Source of the DNA: an uncultured Candidatus Saccharibacteria bacterium
GTDB taxonomy: Bacteria; Patescibacteriota; Minisyncoccia; Phycocordibacterales; WO2-35-19
Assembly: GCA_964601125.1 (NCBI GenBank)
Contig: CAZRKB010000002.1
Coordinates: 1 to 52,470 of the forward strand
DNA: 52,470 nucleotides
Direction: 5' to 3'
The position numbers and the translations under genes are program-made. The notes beneath the pieces are model-generated. The model was not told the origin of the DNA and did no database searches. It worked only from the letters and a program-made list of their open reading frames with translations. Position 1 is the stretch's first letter, and each line of letters opens with the position of its first letter. Positions 16,888-26,638 of this stretch are shown here, piece by piece.

Positions 16888-17145
16888 ATGCCAAGAGACC
16901 CGATTGCTACGGGCAGGAAAAGACTCAATGTGGTCATTGAAGTTACATTTAACGGCCACAGCGGAGATTTGCCACAACGTCTGGAAGAATTTCTTGCCAC
17001 GAAACATTCTCGTGGTGCGCGTATTGTCAAAGACGGTACCATGCACTATTTCAGGGGGGAATACACCCCCAAGGGAGCTCAAGAAATCATAAAATGGTTC
17101 CGCTCAAACGGGGTTGTGTTTCCAAGAAAGCGAGCTGATGAATGA
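16888..17145 (+). CDS. Hypothetical small protein (85 aa).
   Basis: ATG preceded by aaaggag. Followed by a strong hairpin terminator. Confidence 0.55.
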   Translation: MPRDPIATGRKRLNVVIEVTFNGHSGDLPQRLEEFLATKHSRGARIVKDGTMHYFRGEYTPKGAQEIIKWFRSNGVVFPRKRADE

Positions 17146-17146
17146 T

Positions 17147-17178
17147 AGGCGGACCGCATTGGTCCGCCTCAACTTTTT
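17147..17178. terminator. Bidirectional rho-independent terminator (aggcggacc-gcatt-ggtccgcct, then a T-rich tail).
   Basis: 9-bp GC-rich stem between convergent genes. Confidence 0.7.
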
Positions 17179-17750
17179 ATACGCAAAATTACTTCATCAA
17201 TTTTTTTCTCCAGTTCTTCAAATGTGCCGTTGTTTTGTACTTTAAAATCGGCCAAAGCGATACAGGCAGAAAGGTTTTGTTTGTTTGGATCGTCTGAACG
17301 CATTTCTCGATTTTCATCTTCCAAAAATTTTTCAAAAGAAACTTTGTCGGTCTCACTTTTTCTGCTGATAACTCTTTCGTATCTCAACTTTGGGTCGGCG
17401 TCTATAGCAATAAGGCAGAAGTCTTTTTTTGATTTCAAAAACTCCACTTCACCAATGGTTCTGACTGATTCTATGACAGCATTTCCACTCACTCTAGCTG
17501 CTTCTTTGTAGAGTTCTTCGATTACGTATGCGCTGCCATATTTGGCTCGCAGGTCGTTTGCGGTTTGAGTTAAGTTGTCGCGGTTTCTTTCTAGCCCCAT
17601 TTTCTCCACTTCTTTACCTAAAAATTCTCGGGCAGAAAAATGCTTAAAGCCATATTTCTTTATTAAAAAACCTACTACTGCTCCTTTGCCAGCACCAAGT
17701 GTTCCTGTTATTCCTATTACCATGTGTAATGATTGTAACAAAATATCCAC
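17169..17750 (-). CDS. P-loop nucleoside/nucleotide kinase (dephospho-CoA kinase / dNMP kinase-like).
   Basis: Walker A GITGTLGAGKG near the N-terminus, about 190 aa. The likely true start is the second Met (17723). Confidence 0.6.
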   Translation of the reverse strand: MDILLQSLHMVIGITGTLGAGKGAVVGFLIKKYGFKHFSAREFLGKEVEKMGLERNRDNLTQTANDLRAKYGSAYVIEELYKEAARVSGNAVIESVRTIGEVEFLKSKKDFCLIAIDADPKLRYERVISRKSETDKVSFEKFLEDENREMRSDDPNKQNLSACIALADFKVQNNGTFEELEKKIDEVILRIKS

Positions 17751-17971
17751 ATAAATCTATTTCAAAAATTGTAGGTTGGTATTTTATTTTCACTATTTTT
17801 GATAGTATTTTTATGCTTGGTAGGGTATTAAATACTCCTGAGAGTTTGGTCTGTGGGCTTCAGGAAACACCAGGTTCTGCCCAGCGCAGAGACACAGATA
17901 GGACCCTCCCAGCGAGGGTCCACTTTAATTTGATAAAATTTGATTGTTTTTAAACGACTAATATAATTAGA

Positions 17972-18622
17972 TTATTCAAAAATCCTGAAAAAAAATTTAG
18001 CACAGATAATTTTTCTGTATCTTTCTTCTTCAAATGGTGCTATTGTCTGAAAACCCTTTATCTTGTCTTTACGTATGTTTAATACTCTAAGAGTTAACCC
18101 ACTTTCTCCAATTGTTCCGATAATTATTAGATCTCTATTGCTATAAATTTCACAAACAGGAGATGTCTGTACAGAAGACTTGCCATCCGCATTTCTGGCA
18201 GCAGGAATATTAAAGTTTGACAAAAATTCTATTTCACTGGACTCAGCAATTATTGATTTTAGTAGTGGCCTCGCCCCACCAAAAGGCTGTGGAATCCATG
18301 GAAAAATAATTTTGACAAACAAAAAACCAGTTACAATTAATAAAATTCCACAGATTACAATCTTAATAAAATTAGATCTTCTAGATAAAAATTGGGTACC
18401 TAATAGACGATGAATAAGAATGGAAAATGGTATAACGAATAATAATATAGTTACAATACCGCTTAAAATAAAACGAGTTTGTAATAAATCATATTCAAAA
18501 TAACCGTAATCATTCAAATGAATGTTCCATAGTAAAAACCCTAATCCATAGCTAAGTGCCAAAAATAAGGCTACTATTCTAGAGAGCGTCTCTAAATTTT
18601 CTTTGGAATCCTTCCAATTCAT
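17972..18622 (-). CDS. Hypothetical polytopic membrane protein (216 aa).
   Basis: ORF 17972..18703 trimmed. Its first 27 codons are the tRNA-Gln gene. Met at 18622 (MNWKDSKENL...). Confidence 0.55.
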   Translation of the reverse strand: MNWKDSKENLETLSRIVALFLALSYGLGFLLWNIHLNDYGYFEYDLLQTRFILSGIVTILLFVIPFSILIHRLLGTQFLSRRSNFIKIVICGILLIVTGFLFVKIIFPWIPQPFGGARPLLKSIIAESSEIEFLSNFNIPAARNADGKSSVQTSPVCEIYSNRDLIIIGTIGESGLTLRVLNIRKDKIKGFQTIAPFEEERYRKIICAKFFFRIFE

Positions 18623-18624
18623 AG

Positions 18625-18695
18625 CTGCCGGACCTGGATTCGAACCAAGATAAACGGATTCAGAGTCCGTTGTCCTACCATTAGACGATCCGGCA
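18625..18695 (-). tRNA. tRNA-Gln (anticodon CTG).
   Basis: Minus-strand read: tgccgga-tc-gtctaatggtaggac-a-acgga-ctCTGaa-tccgt-ttat-cttgg-ttcgaat-ccagg-tccggca-g. The U1-A72 pair is typical of tRNA-Gln. Confidence 0.85.
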
Positions 18696-18797
18696 AAAGT
18701 CATTTAACTTCCATAAAATAACAGAAAAATAAGGTTTAGTAAATGAAGAGATGGCCCTTTACTGGTTTTTGCAAATTTTTATGGTACAATCACTACT

Positions 18798-19052
18798 ATG
18801 CATTCAATTTCAAAAAAGACTCCGTTTATAATTATAGGCATAACGTCCGCTATATTTTCGCGGACCATGTTTTTCTTTTTCGACGATCCCGAAGGGCCAA
18901 ACTTGCTTGTGGTTTTCGTGATGGCGGCGGTTTTGTACCTTCCATCACTCATAACTTATCGGCTTAATTGCGGAGTTTCAACTGCAAAGAGGGTATTGCT
19001 AGCGATCTGTACTCAAGCCGTATTAGCTACTGGCATTTACTTTTTGTTGTAA
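18798..19052 (+). CDS. Hypothetical small membrane protein.
   Basis: 84-aa ORF with three hydrophobic segments. Confidence 0.4.
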   Translation: MHSISKKTPFIIIGITSAIFSRTMFFFFDDPEGPNLLVVFVMAAVLYLPSLITYRLNCGVSTAKRVLLAICTQAVLATGIYFLL

Positions 19053-19143
19053 ACTTCTGAAGTTGTATCAGTCCAATACAAACTGCCCACATAGATAGAC
19101 TTTGTGGTAAGTTGAAGGAGTAAAAGAAAAAAATAAAAATAAA

Positions 19144-19692
19144 ATGAAAAAGATTTTTTGGGTTGTTATTGTGGGGGTTTTAGTTGTGGCCACATTTGTT
19201 TTTGCCCCAAAGGACGCCGATGTTGAAGAAAAAATAGTTTTAGATGCACGCAGTGCCACTTTTTTGATTGTTGGTAAGGAAGTGATTTTGGGAGAAGTGG
19301 CACCCGGTTCGAATACAATAACCCGTTATTTTGGCAATGAATTGAAAACTGATCTAAATGATGACGGCAGGGAGGATGCAGTCTTCCTAGTTACTCAAGA
19401 GACGGGTGGCTCGGGAGTTTTTTTCTATGTAGTCGCTGCACTTAATACCGAAAAAGGATATGTAGGTTCAGACGGGTTTTTCCTTGGAGACAGGGTGGCT
19501 CCCCAAACTACTGAGCTAAGTAAAAACCCGCGGCATAAAAATGTCATCGTTGTCAATTACGCAGACCGCTCTCCTCAGGAACCTTTCACAACAAAGCCGT
19601 CAGTTGGCAAAAGTGCTTATCTAAAACTCGATCTAGAAAGAATGCAGTGGGGTATTGTGGTGCCCGACTTCGAAGGCGAAAGTGATTTTTAA
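19144..19692 (+). CDS. Hypothetical secreted/anchored protein.
   Basis: N-terminal signal anchor KKIFWVVIVGVLVVATFVFA. 182 aa. Confidence 0.6.
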   Translation: MKKIFWVVIVGVLVVATFVFAPKDADVEEKIVLDARSATFLIVGKEVILGEVAPGSNTITRYFGNELKTDLNDDGREDAVFLVTQETGGSGVFFYVVAALNTEKGYVGSDGFFLGDRVAPQTTELSKNPRHKNVIVVNYADRSPQEPFTTKPSVGKSAYLKLDLERMQWGIVVPDFEGESDF

Positions 19693-19700
19693 ATGTAAAT

Positions 19701-20870
19701 ATGAAAATACAAGCATTTATTTTTGTTTTAATAGCCACCATTTCTCCATTTTTTGCTTTTGGGCAAGAGGCGGAGATAGTGCAAGATAAATATGAGAACG
19801 TTCTTGCGCGAGTAGTAGAAGTGGTGGTTCAAGAAAACAAAATTATCCCAGGCACTGATACGTCTGCTTTGCACCAAACCATAAGGGCAGAGATTCTCGA
19901 GGGGCAATTAAAGGGTCAAGTGGTGCAAATTGAAAACGACTATTTAAAACTAAAAGAAGGGGAAAAGTTTTATCTGTTGCACACTACTGATTGGGAAAGT
20001 GGCAAAGACTATTTTTCTGTGCATGAAAAATATAGGCTACCAAGCATGCTTGTATTGATTGCAATTTTTATTTTTATCTCATTATTTTTTGGTCGCGGGC
20101 AGGGGCTCAGAGGACTCGCGAGTTTAATCGGCAGCATCGTACTCATAGTTTTTGTTTTGATACCCGGTATTTTAAAAGGTATTTCGCCGGTGTTCATGAC
20201 CATAGCTGTGTCGTCGGTCATTATTGTTCTGGGTTCTTATGTGACGCATGGGTTTAATAAAGTTACTTCTGCGGCTGTGATAGGCATGATACTGACAGTT
20301 TTGATAACCGGCACATTCGCTTATTTTTCTGTTCAATTTACTTCTCTGTCTGGTTATGATTCAGAGGAATCGGTTTATCTTACGTTTAATTCGAGGGGCA
20401 GCCTCGATATTGTCGGGCTTCTTTTTGGCGGTATCATGATAGGACTTTTGGGTGTGCTTTATGACGCGGCTATTTCGCAAGCTATATCAGTCGAAGAATT
20501 ATGGAAAATCGCTCCGCATGTTTCTCCAAATAAAATATACGCAAGAGCTATTCGCATAGGCAGGGAACATATCGGAGCTTTGGTTGATACGTTGGCTATC
20601 GCTTATGTCGGGGCGTCCTTGCCGCTCCTCCTCTTATTTTTTCAAACTTCTATGGAGAATCCGCTTATTACATTAAACAGAGAAATTTTTGCTACAGAAA
20701 TAGTGAGGATCATAATTGGCTCGATAGGGCTAATACTGGCCGTACCGATCACTACACTAGTTGCGGTCAAAATGTTGAAAGGTGGTCATGCTCACGAAAT
20801 AGGCGAATCTGAAATTAATAAAGAAATAAATAAATTGGAAGGAACAAGCGGACATTCTCATAGCCATTAA
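19701..20870 (+). CDS. YibE/F-like integral membrane protein with a His-rich C-terminus.
   Basis: Signal peptide plus soluble N-domain (ARVVEVV...LEGQLKGQVVQIEND), then about 7 TM. This architecture matches the remembered YibE/F family. The tail is GHSHSH. Confidence 0.55.
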   Translation: MKIQAFIFVLIATISPFFAFGQEAEIVQDKYENVLARVVEVVVQENKIIPGTDTSALHQTIRAEILEGQLKGQVVQIENDYLKLKEGEKFYLLHTTDWESGKDYFSVHEKYRLPSMLVLIAIFIFISLFFGRGQGLRGLASLIGSIVLIVFVLIPGILKGISPVFMTIAVSSVIIVLGSYVTHGFNKVTSAAVIGMILTVLITGTFAYFSVQFTSLSGYDSEESVYLTFNSRGSLDIVGLLFGGIMIGLLGVLYDAAISQAISVEELWKIAPHVSPNKIYARAIRIGREHIGALVDTLAIAYVGASLPLLLLFFQTSMENPLITLNREIFATEIVRIIIGSIGLILAVPITTLVAVKMLKGGHAHEIGESEINKEINKLEGTSGHSHSH

Positions 20871-20892
20871 CAAAGATGGGGCCGACCTGGCG

Positions 20893-21396
20893 TCAGCCCC
20901 AAAATTTTTTCAACTCTACCTCCACATTTTTCCAGATCTCTTCCCATTTCCAAAGAGAAGAATCTGGATCACCAGCCAAACATGGCCGATTTATCACCAC
21001 TCGGTAGCTTGTTATCTCAGTGGATATAATTCCACTGATCCCCGAGAGGTTTTCGTGTAGCTTTTCCTGGTTTTCTATTTTGTACTTCACGTCGATGACC
21101 AGGAATTTATCGCACCCTCCTTGAGGTACAAGCTTTCGATCTCTTACCCCACGTAAGATTTCCGCCGAATATTGCTGTTTCCCCCAAGTGCCCTTTTTGG
21201 TTTGGAACATGTCTGTATCTGTTAAAGAAACGACCATATTCCTTGTTTCTCTGAAGAAGCTCCATCCAAGAGCTGTCAATATAACCATGGTAGCCACGGT
21301 TCCCAGGGCTGCTCCGACAACAAGCATTTTTTCTTTTTTGTTCCACGGTGGCTGTTCGTTTGATTTACCCGCTTTTCTAATCTTAGTTGTGCTCAT
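20893..21396 (-). CDS. Hypothetical single-pass membrane protein.
   Basis: 167-aa ORF. aaaggag precedes the ATG. One TM (LVVGAALGTVATMVILTALGW). Confidence 0.55.
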   Translation of the reverse strand: MSTTKIRKAGKSNEQPPWNKKEKMLVVGAALGTVATMVILTALGWSFFRETRNMVVSLTDTDMFQTKKGTWGKQQYSAEILRGVRDRKLVPQGGCDKFLVIDVKYKIENQEKLHENLSGISGIISTEITSYRVVINRPCLAGDPDSSLWKWEEIWKNVEVELKKFWG

Positions 21397-21620
21397 AATC
21401 TCCTTTCTAGCCTAGTTAAATCGCGAGTCCAAGTGGACCCGCGATAGTCATCTGATGGCTAGCCACGGATTAGAAGATCCGCAAGCTCCCACAGAATAAA
21501 TATTGCTGAAGAAAGCAACAAAGCTGCTTTCTTCGAGCGTTTAGAAAATCCGGAAAGAAACATTGTTTCTCTGCCTCCGTTTTTTATCCTACTATACTAC
21601 GATTGATTTGTAAAGCGCGA

Positions 21621-22595
21621 CTATTCTTCCCAATGAGTTTTGATGTATTCCTCAGCCTCACTCATTGATAGAGGGTGGGTGGAGTTGCCTACTCTAACGA
21701 AAAATTCTTCATCCGCGCCGTTTTTCAAGTAGGCTGGTTTATGACTCTCGCTTACTGAAATAACGCAGATATCCTTGCTTTCTATTCTTTCAAACTTAAT
21801 GTCAATATATCTCAAAAAATGAACACCAATTTGGGTTTTTATCAGCTGAGTCAAGTGATTTTCAAAACCATCTCTATTTTTTTTCGGCAAAGTTTCAAAA
21901 TCATCTTTGAGACCCACGGCATCACCTTCGTTATTTGCACCAATAACCAAAATTCCTCCTTCGGTGTTGAGGAATGCAACAAGCGTTTTCGTGGCGGCTT
22001 TTTCCAAGTCGCGATTAGTGGTCATTTTACGCTTGTCATATCTTAAAGATTCTTTAAATTCGGTAAACAAGTTTTCGCCACCGCTTAAAATTTCACTTAG
22101 TCTTCGAGGATTGTTTTTATTTGGGTTGTGGCGCAAGGCTTGCTTTATAATACTCAAATATTCTTCAGCATTTGAAACATTTCGCATTTTAGTTTTCTTG
22201 TTTCCGTTTTGATGCAAGATGATGGTTGAGTGCTTCATTAGTCTGCCTATTGGAGATTCGTAAGTTTCTATAGATGTTATGTCAGCTATCCTTATAAGTT
22301 GCTTCCTTCTAAAAAGAAGGCCTGATTTGCGCACTATCTCTTTCTGGCCTATCTCAAAATATGAAAAATACCAATCGAAAAATATAATTGAAATATAGAT
22401 TAGTTGAAGCGAAGAAAAAGCTGATACCAAAAATATGTCATAACGCAAAAGATCGTCCGCTCCAAATCTCCTGTACAACATCTCGTAGTTTTCAAGGAAG
22501 GAAAGTATGTAGAGAGCTACAGCGGCAAGTATTTCCATTATCAACACTCGCTTTATGAACACTAAAGGACCTTCTTTGACTATTGTCCGACGCAT
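21621..22595 (-). CDS. Membrane bPH_2 (YdbS/T-like) domain fused to a Schlafen/AlbA_2-type putative DNA-binding domain.
   Basis: Two TM plus IVRKSGLLFRRKQLIRIADITSIETYESPIGRLMKHSTIIL (bPH_2 pattern). The C-terminus GENLFTEFKESL...LVAFLNTEGGILVIG...VGL follows the AlbA_2 pattern. Confidence 0.6.
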   Translation of the reverse strand: MRRTIVKEGPLVFIKRVLIMEILAAVALYILSFLENYEMLYRRFGADDLLRYDIFLVSAFSSLQLIYISIIFFDWYFSYFEIGQKEIVRKSGLLFRRKQLIRIADITSIETYESPIGRLMKHSTIILHQNGNKKTKMRNVSNAEEYLSIIKQALRHNPNKNNPRRLSEILSGGENLFTEFKESLRYDKRKMTTNRDLEKAATKTLVAFLNTEGGILVIGANNEGDAVGLKDDFETLPKKNRDGFENHLTQLIKTQIGVHFLRYIDIKFERIESKDICVISVSESHKPAYLKNGADEEFFVRVGNSTHPLSMSEAEEYIKTHWEE

Positions 22596-22647
22596 CCTCT
22601 CATGTTAGCATAAATTATCATATTTATTTATCGGCTTATTTTATATT

Positions 22648-23367
22648 ATGGAAGGAGAATCAAACAATAAATTATCGGTGCCGCTAGCTATCGTTTTTGC
22701 TGGACTTTTGATTGCTGGAGCTGTTATGTATGGCAAAGTTAACATAACTACCGTTGCCGCACCTCAGGTGGCCCAAGTTAATCAACCTGCCGGGCAGGTG
22801 GTTAATAGTTTGGATCAAATGAGGCCAGTATCAAAAGACGACCATATTCGTGGCGACCTAAATGCGGATGTGATCATTGTTGAATATTCAGATACCGAGT
22901 GTCCTTTCTGCAAACAATTTCATTCAACTTTAAAGCAGGTGGTTTCTGAATATGGAAATAGAGTGGCTTGGGTGTATAGGCATCTCCCTCTTGATCAACT
23001 TCATCCTAAAGCTAGAAAAGAGGCTGAAGCTCTAGAGTGCGCGGCAGAGCTTGGTGGCAACGAAGTTTTTTGGTCTTACACCGATAGGCTTTATGAAATA
23101 ACTCCTGCCAATAATGGTCTTGATCTATCTATGCTTCCTCAAATCGCTACTTATATCGGTCTAAATGAAGCAGATTTCAACGAATGTCTTTCAAGTGGCA
23201 GACATGCGGATAAAGTAGAAGCAGATGCCCAAAACGCTTTCGCTACTGGCGGCGGTGGTACCCCCTGGAGCATTGTCGTTTCCAAATCAGGTAAAAAATA
23301 CGAACTTTCTGGCGCTCAACCAATTACATTGGTAAAACAGCTAATTGATACAGCACTGAAAAATTAG
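22648..23367 (+). CDS. DsbA-family thiol:disulfide oxidoreductase, membrane-anchored.
   Basis: N-terminal TM. CPFC active site in IIVEYSDTECPFCKQFH. Thioredoxin_4-like length. Confidence 0.75.
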   Translation: MEGESNNKLSVPLAIVFAGLLIAGAVMYGKVNITTVAAPQVAQVNQPAGQVVNSLDQMRPVSKDDHIRGDLNADVIIVEYSDTECPFCKQFHSTLKQVVSEYGNRVAWVYRHLPLDQLHPKARKEAEALECAAELGGNEVFWSYTDRLYEITPANNGLDLSMLPQIATYIGLNEADFNECLSSGRHADKVEADAQNAFATGGGGTPWSIVVSKSGKKYELSGAQPITLVKQLIDTALKN

Positions 23368-23446
23368 CTTTTGGATTGGGGACTACAAAATTGCGCAACA
23401 AATGTTCTATTTGATAAGATTATATTATTAAAACTAACTTAGACTT

Positions 23447-23719
23447 ATGGCAAACATGATGATGGGTTATGGTCCGGGTTGGGGCGGTGGATACATGGCA
23501 GGGCTTCTACCGTTCTTCTCTTTATTAGTTATTTGGAGTTTAGTTTGGAAAGGTTTGGCTCTTTGGCACTCAGCTAGGAAAGGTCAAAATTGGTGGTTTG
23601 TGATCCTGCTAGTTGTAAATACGGCCGGCATTTTAGAGATCATCTACCTCTTTGCGGTGTTAAAAATAAAATTTGGCGATTTACTTAAGAAAGATACTCA
23701 ACCAACTCCCTCCGTTTAA
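23447..23719 (+). CDS. Small membrane protein, DUF5652-like.
   Basis: WKGLALWHSARKGQNWWFVILLVVNTAGILEIIYLF resembles the DUF5652 family, which is common in CPR. Confidence 0.55.
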   Translation: MANMMMGYGPGWGGGYMAGLLPFFSLLVIWSLVWKGLALWHSARKGQNWWFVILLVVNTAGILEIIYLFAVLKIKFGDLLKKDTQPTPSV

Positions 23720-23723
23720 AAAC

Positions 23724-23754
23724 AAAACACCCCTTGACTAGCTCGGGGTGTTTT
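23724..23754. terminator. Bidirectional terminator hairpin (aaaacacccc ... ggggtgtttt).
   Basis: 10-bp stem with A/T tracts, between convergent genes. Confidence 0.7.
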
Positions 23755-23776
23755 GCAAATCATAGTAGCACCACTA

Positions 23777-24757
23777 CTACGGAGAAGTAGTGGTAGCTGT
23801 TATTGGGCTCGTGGTGGCCTTGTTGCCTGAAGCGTCAGACGATTCTATAAGAAGATGGAAAAGAGTGCTTGTGGAGAGGTTGTTTATGGTTAAGCTGTGA
23901 CTTGTAACCAACGCGCCGCTTTGGACAAATTCTGCTAAAGCCGTATTAATTGGGGTTGAGGTGGAGAAGTAAACCTTAGAAGAAGCGGCTTCGTTCGTGT
24001 TCCAACTAACCATGATACTTGATGTACTCGCGGATAGGGAGAGGTTGCTTATAGAAGGCGCGACAGTGTCAGGTTCTGGCACAGGGGGAGTCGAGGTGGC
24101 ACTTGATTTAGTGGTAAAACTTACTTGGTTAGAAGAAGTATTACCAAATCGGTCTTTAGCTTCTACCAAAGCGTAGTAATTTGTGTTTGGAGAGAGACCA
24201 AAGATAAAAGCGTAATGATTTTTTCCGTCGAAATGATTAAATGAGCGAACGCTCGGGTGACTTGTATTTGCTGGAGAAGTGGTAGAGTAATAAACTTTAC
24301 CGGTTGATTTTTCGTCTGTATTCCAAACAATCAAAGCAACAGTTTGCCCAGTTTTGGTCAAAAGACCAGAAATTATTGGAGCGGTGGTGTCAGGGGTGGA
24401 AGTTGCTGGTTTAGGAATAGGGAAGGGGCAATTTTGATCTAGGTTGATGTTGTCCCAATTTGTGTTAATCCAACCAAAGGAGAAGGGGAAAAATCTTTGT
24501 AAACACACCCTTCGATACTTGTCTTCGTATTGCTCGATTTTTTTATCGAATTTTTCTTTTTGCTTCTCCTCCTTCTCTTTAAGTTTTTTTGCTTGCTTTT
24601 CCTGTTTTTCTATCTGCCTCTCTATTTTTTGGGCCACTTTTTCTTTCTGTTTCTCAAATTTGTCTCCACTATCATTATCCGCAAAAACAAAATTTGGGGT
24701 AAAAGAAGAAAGAGCAACCATGAAAGAGAGCAGGCCAATATTTAGTTTACTCATCAT
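23777..24757 (-). CDS. Secreted protein with a Lys/Glu-rich coiled coil and two FN3-like domains.
   Basis: Signal peptide LLSFMVALSSFTPNFVFA. Two repeats of the type VWNTDE..TGKVYYSTTSP / VSWNTNEAASSKVYFSTSTP. Confidence 0.7.
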   Translation of the reverse strand: MMSKLNIGLLSFMVALSSFTPNFVFADNDSGDKFEKQKEKVAQKIERQIEKQEKQAKKLKEKEEKQKEKFDKKIEQYEDKYRRVCLQRFFPFSFGWINTNWDNINLDQNCPFPIPKPATSTPDTTAPIISGLLTKTGQTVALIVWNTDEKSTGKVYYSTTSPANTSHPSVRSFNHFDGKNHYAFIFGLSPNTNYYALVEAKDRFGNTSSNQVSFTTKSSATSTPPVPEPDTVAPSISNLSLSASTSSIMVSWNTNEAASSKVYFSTSTPINTALAEFVQSGALVTSHSLTINNLSTSTLFHLLIESSDASGNKATTSPITATTTSP

Positions 24758-24895
24758 TTTTAATTCTATTAACTTGTAAAAAGCGTTTGACCGCTACATG
24801 AGGGAGACGAAGCACTTACACCACTTCTTTCATCGACAAACAGGACTTCTTGTTGTATTTTAAATTGAAAGAAAAAGAGGTCTTAAACGTCTACC

Positions 24896-25435
24896 ATGGA
24901 AGACAAAAAGCGATATTTTGAAAATATTTATAAAAAAGAGGCAGACAACATATTCCGCTTTATTTTGCTTCGAGTTTCAAATCGAGAAGAAGCTGTGGAT
25001 ATCGCGGAAGAAGCTTTTTATAAATTTTGGCAGATGGTCATAGGGGGTGAAAAGATCGAACACCCTAAAGCTCTTCTTTTTAAGATATCCAGGAACAAAA
25101 TCATAGATTGGTATAGAAAGAAAAAGGCGGAATCGCTCGAAGAAGTGATGTCAGATGAAAACGAAGATAATAAAAATATGCCTGAAATAACTGACAGTGT
25201 AGCTCATGAAAAAATTATTTTTAGCGCGGAAACTTTGTGGGTAATGAAAAATTTAAACAAATTGCCATCTGAATACGGAGAAATTATAAGAATGCGTTTC
25301 GTGCACGATCTCTCGCTTGATGAAATGGCAAACATATTAAGTGTAAGCAATAACGCTGTGTCTTTACGTCTAAACCGAGCCTTGCAAAAATTAAGAGAAC
25401 AATTAGGAATTGATATTAAAAACAAACATGAATGA
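24896..25435 (+). CDS. ECF-type RNA polymerase sigma-70 family factor.
   Basis: Region 2 (ISRNKIIDWYRKKK) and region 4 HTH (LSLDEMANILSVSNNAVSLRLNRALQKLREQL). Confidence 0.85.
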   Translation: MEDKKRYFENIYKKEADNIFRFILLRVSNREEAVDIAEEAFYKFWQMVIGGEKIEHPKALLFKISRNKIIDWYRKKKAESLEEVMSDENEDNKNMPEITDSVAHEKIIFSAETLWVMKNLNKLPSEYGEIIRMRFVHDLSLDEMANILSVSNNAVSLRLNRALQKLREQLGIDIKNKHE

Positions 25436-26177
25436 AGAATGGCAAAAAGGAATAAAGGAATTAAAAGAGATTAAACTGACCAAGGAAGAAAAAGAATATA
25501 TCTTGAAAAGAGTTTTAACTCGATCCCCTTATGTTTTTAGGCGGTCTGTTTTTATGAGACGGTATGCTGGGGTTTTTGTTTTAACCATTTTTATTTTGAG
25601 TGGTGCAGTTGCAACTCGGGCAGAAAAATCTTTGCCCGGTGACGCTCTTTACGCGGTCAAAATAAATGTGACAGAACCGGCGCGCGATTTGATTAAAATA
25701 TTGCCCGAAGAAAAAATGGAATGGGAGGCCGAAAAAGCTTTGCGTCGAGTCGAAGAAGCCGAAATTTTAATTGCCGAACAAAGATTGGATGACAAAAAAG
25801 AAAGCAAGCTAAATAATCTTTTTGAAAAACACACCGAAACTATTAAAAAAGAAACAGAAAAAGAGATAAAGAAAATGGAAATAGAGTATGAAGAGCGGCA
25901 AAAAGAAGAAAAGAAAACAGAAGAAAGATTGGAGAGAAAAAAAGAAAATGAAGAAGATAAAGTAAAAATAGAAAAGGAAAAACAGACAGAAGAAATTAAA
26001 AGGGAAGAAGAGAGGCGAGAGGAAAGAAATAAAGAGCTAGTTGAGAAAATCAAAAAAGTTGATCAAAAAAGAGAAGAGAGACTAAAAGAGCTTGAAGAAA
26101 AACGCCAAAAAGCTCTGGAAAAAGCTAAGGAAAGCAAGGAAAAATTCAAAACAAATTTGAGAGAAGACAGAGATTGA
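25428..26177 (+). CDS. Putative anti-sigma / DUF5667-like single-pass membrane protein with a KE-rich coiled-coil tail.
   Basis: ATG 25428 overlaps the sigma stop (ATGAATGA). One TM (AGVFVLTIFILSGAVA). LPGDALYAVK motif. Confidence 0.55.
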   Translation: MNEEWQKGIKELKEIKLTKEEKEYILKRVLTRSPYVFRRSVFMRRYAGVFVLTIFILSGAVATRAEKSLPGDALYAVKINVTEPARDLIKILPEEKMEWEAEKALRRVEEAEILIAEQRLDDKKESKLNNLFEKHTETIKKETEKEIKKMEIEYEERQKEEKKTEERLERKKENEEDKVKIEKEKQTEEIKREEERREERNKELVEKIKKVDQKREERLKELEEKRQKALEKAKESKEKFKTNLREDRD

Positions 26178-26196
26178 GTATGTTAAAATTTAAGTT

Positions 26197-26613
26197 ATGA
26201 ATGATGAGGAATTTAAGCAAAGATTAACACCCGAGCAATATAAGGTACTCAGAGAAAAAGCTACAGAAGCACCTTTTTCGGGTAAGTATGTAAATGAAAA
26301 AAGAGAAGGGATGTATAAATGCTCTGCTTGCGGGCAGGAATTGTTTTCTTCTGGCACAAAATTTGATTCTGGTACCGGTTGGCCGTCTTTTGACGATGCC
26401 ATTCCTGGGGCTGTTGAATTTATCTCAGATGATTCCCATGGCATGCAAAGAACCGAAGTGGTTTGTTCTAAATGCAAGTCTCACTTAGGACATGTGTTTG
26501 ATGATGGTCCCCAAGATACAACAGGCAAAAGGTATTGTATAAATTCTGTATGCTTGAATTTGGATCATAAAAATACTCGAGTCTCTTACGGAAAAAATGA
26601 TAGAGCAATATGA
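26197..26613 (+). CDS. msrB: Peptide-methionine (R)-S-oxide reductase.
   Basis: CSACGQELF...GTGWPSF...[16 protein letters not shown]...RYCINS. Confidence 0.9.
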   Translation: MNDEEFKQRLTPEQYKVLREKATEAPFSGKYVNEKREGMYKCSACGQELFSSGTKFDSGTGWPSFDDAIPGAVEFISDDSHGMQRTEVVCSKCKSHLGHVFDDGPQDTTGKRYCINSVCLNLDHKNTRVSYGKNDRAI

Positions 26614-26638
26614 AAATTCCCAATAAGTATAATTTTAG

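Noticed and set aside
17800-17960. Relatively GC-rich intergenic stretch with hairpin ggaccctc-ccagc-gagggtcc, considered as SRP/6S-like small RNA.
   Set aside because: No SRP helix-8 motif or other diagnostic signature was found on either strand. It may simply be a terminator for the upstream minus-strand gene. That is too weak to call as a feature.
18623-18703. N-terminal 27 codons of ORF 17972..18703 (MTFAGSSNGRTTDSESVYLGSNPGPAA).
   Set aside because: This stretch is the tRNA-Gln(CTG) gene read as protein. The CDS was trimmed to Met 18622.
24444-24779. Plus-strand ORFs 24444..24779 and 24530..24745, and the minus-strand ORF 25649..26053.
   Set aside because: They are low-complexity Phe/Leu/Ser-rich mirror translations of Lys/Glu-rich coiled-coil coding regions on the opposite strand.
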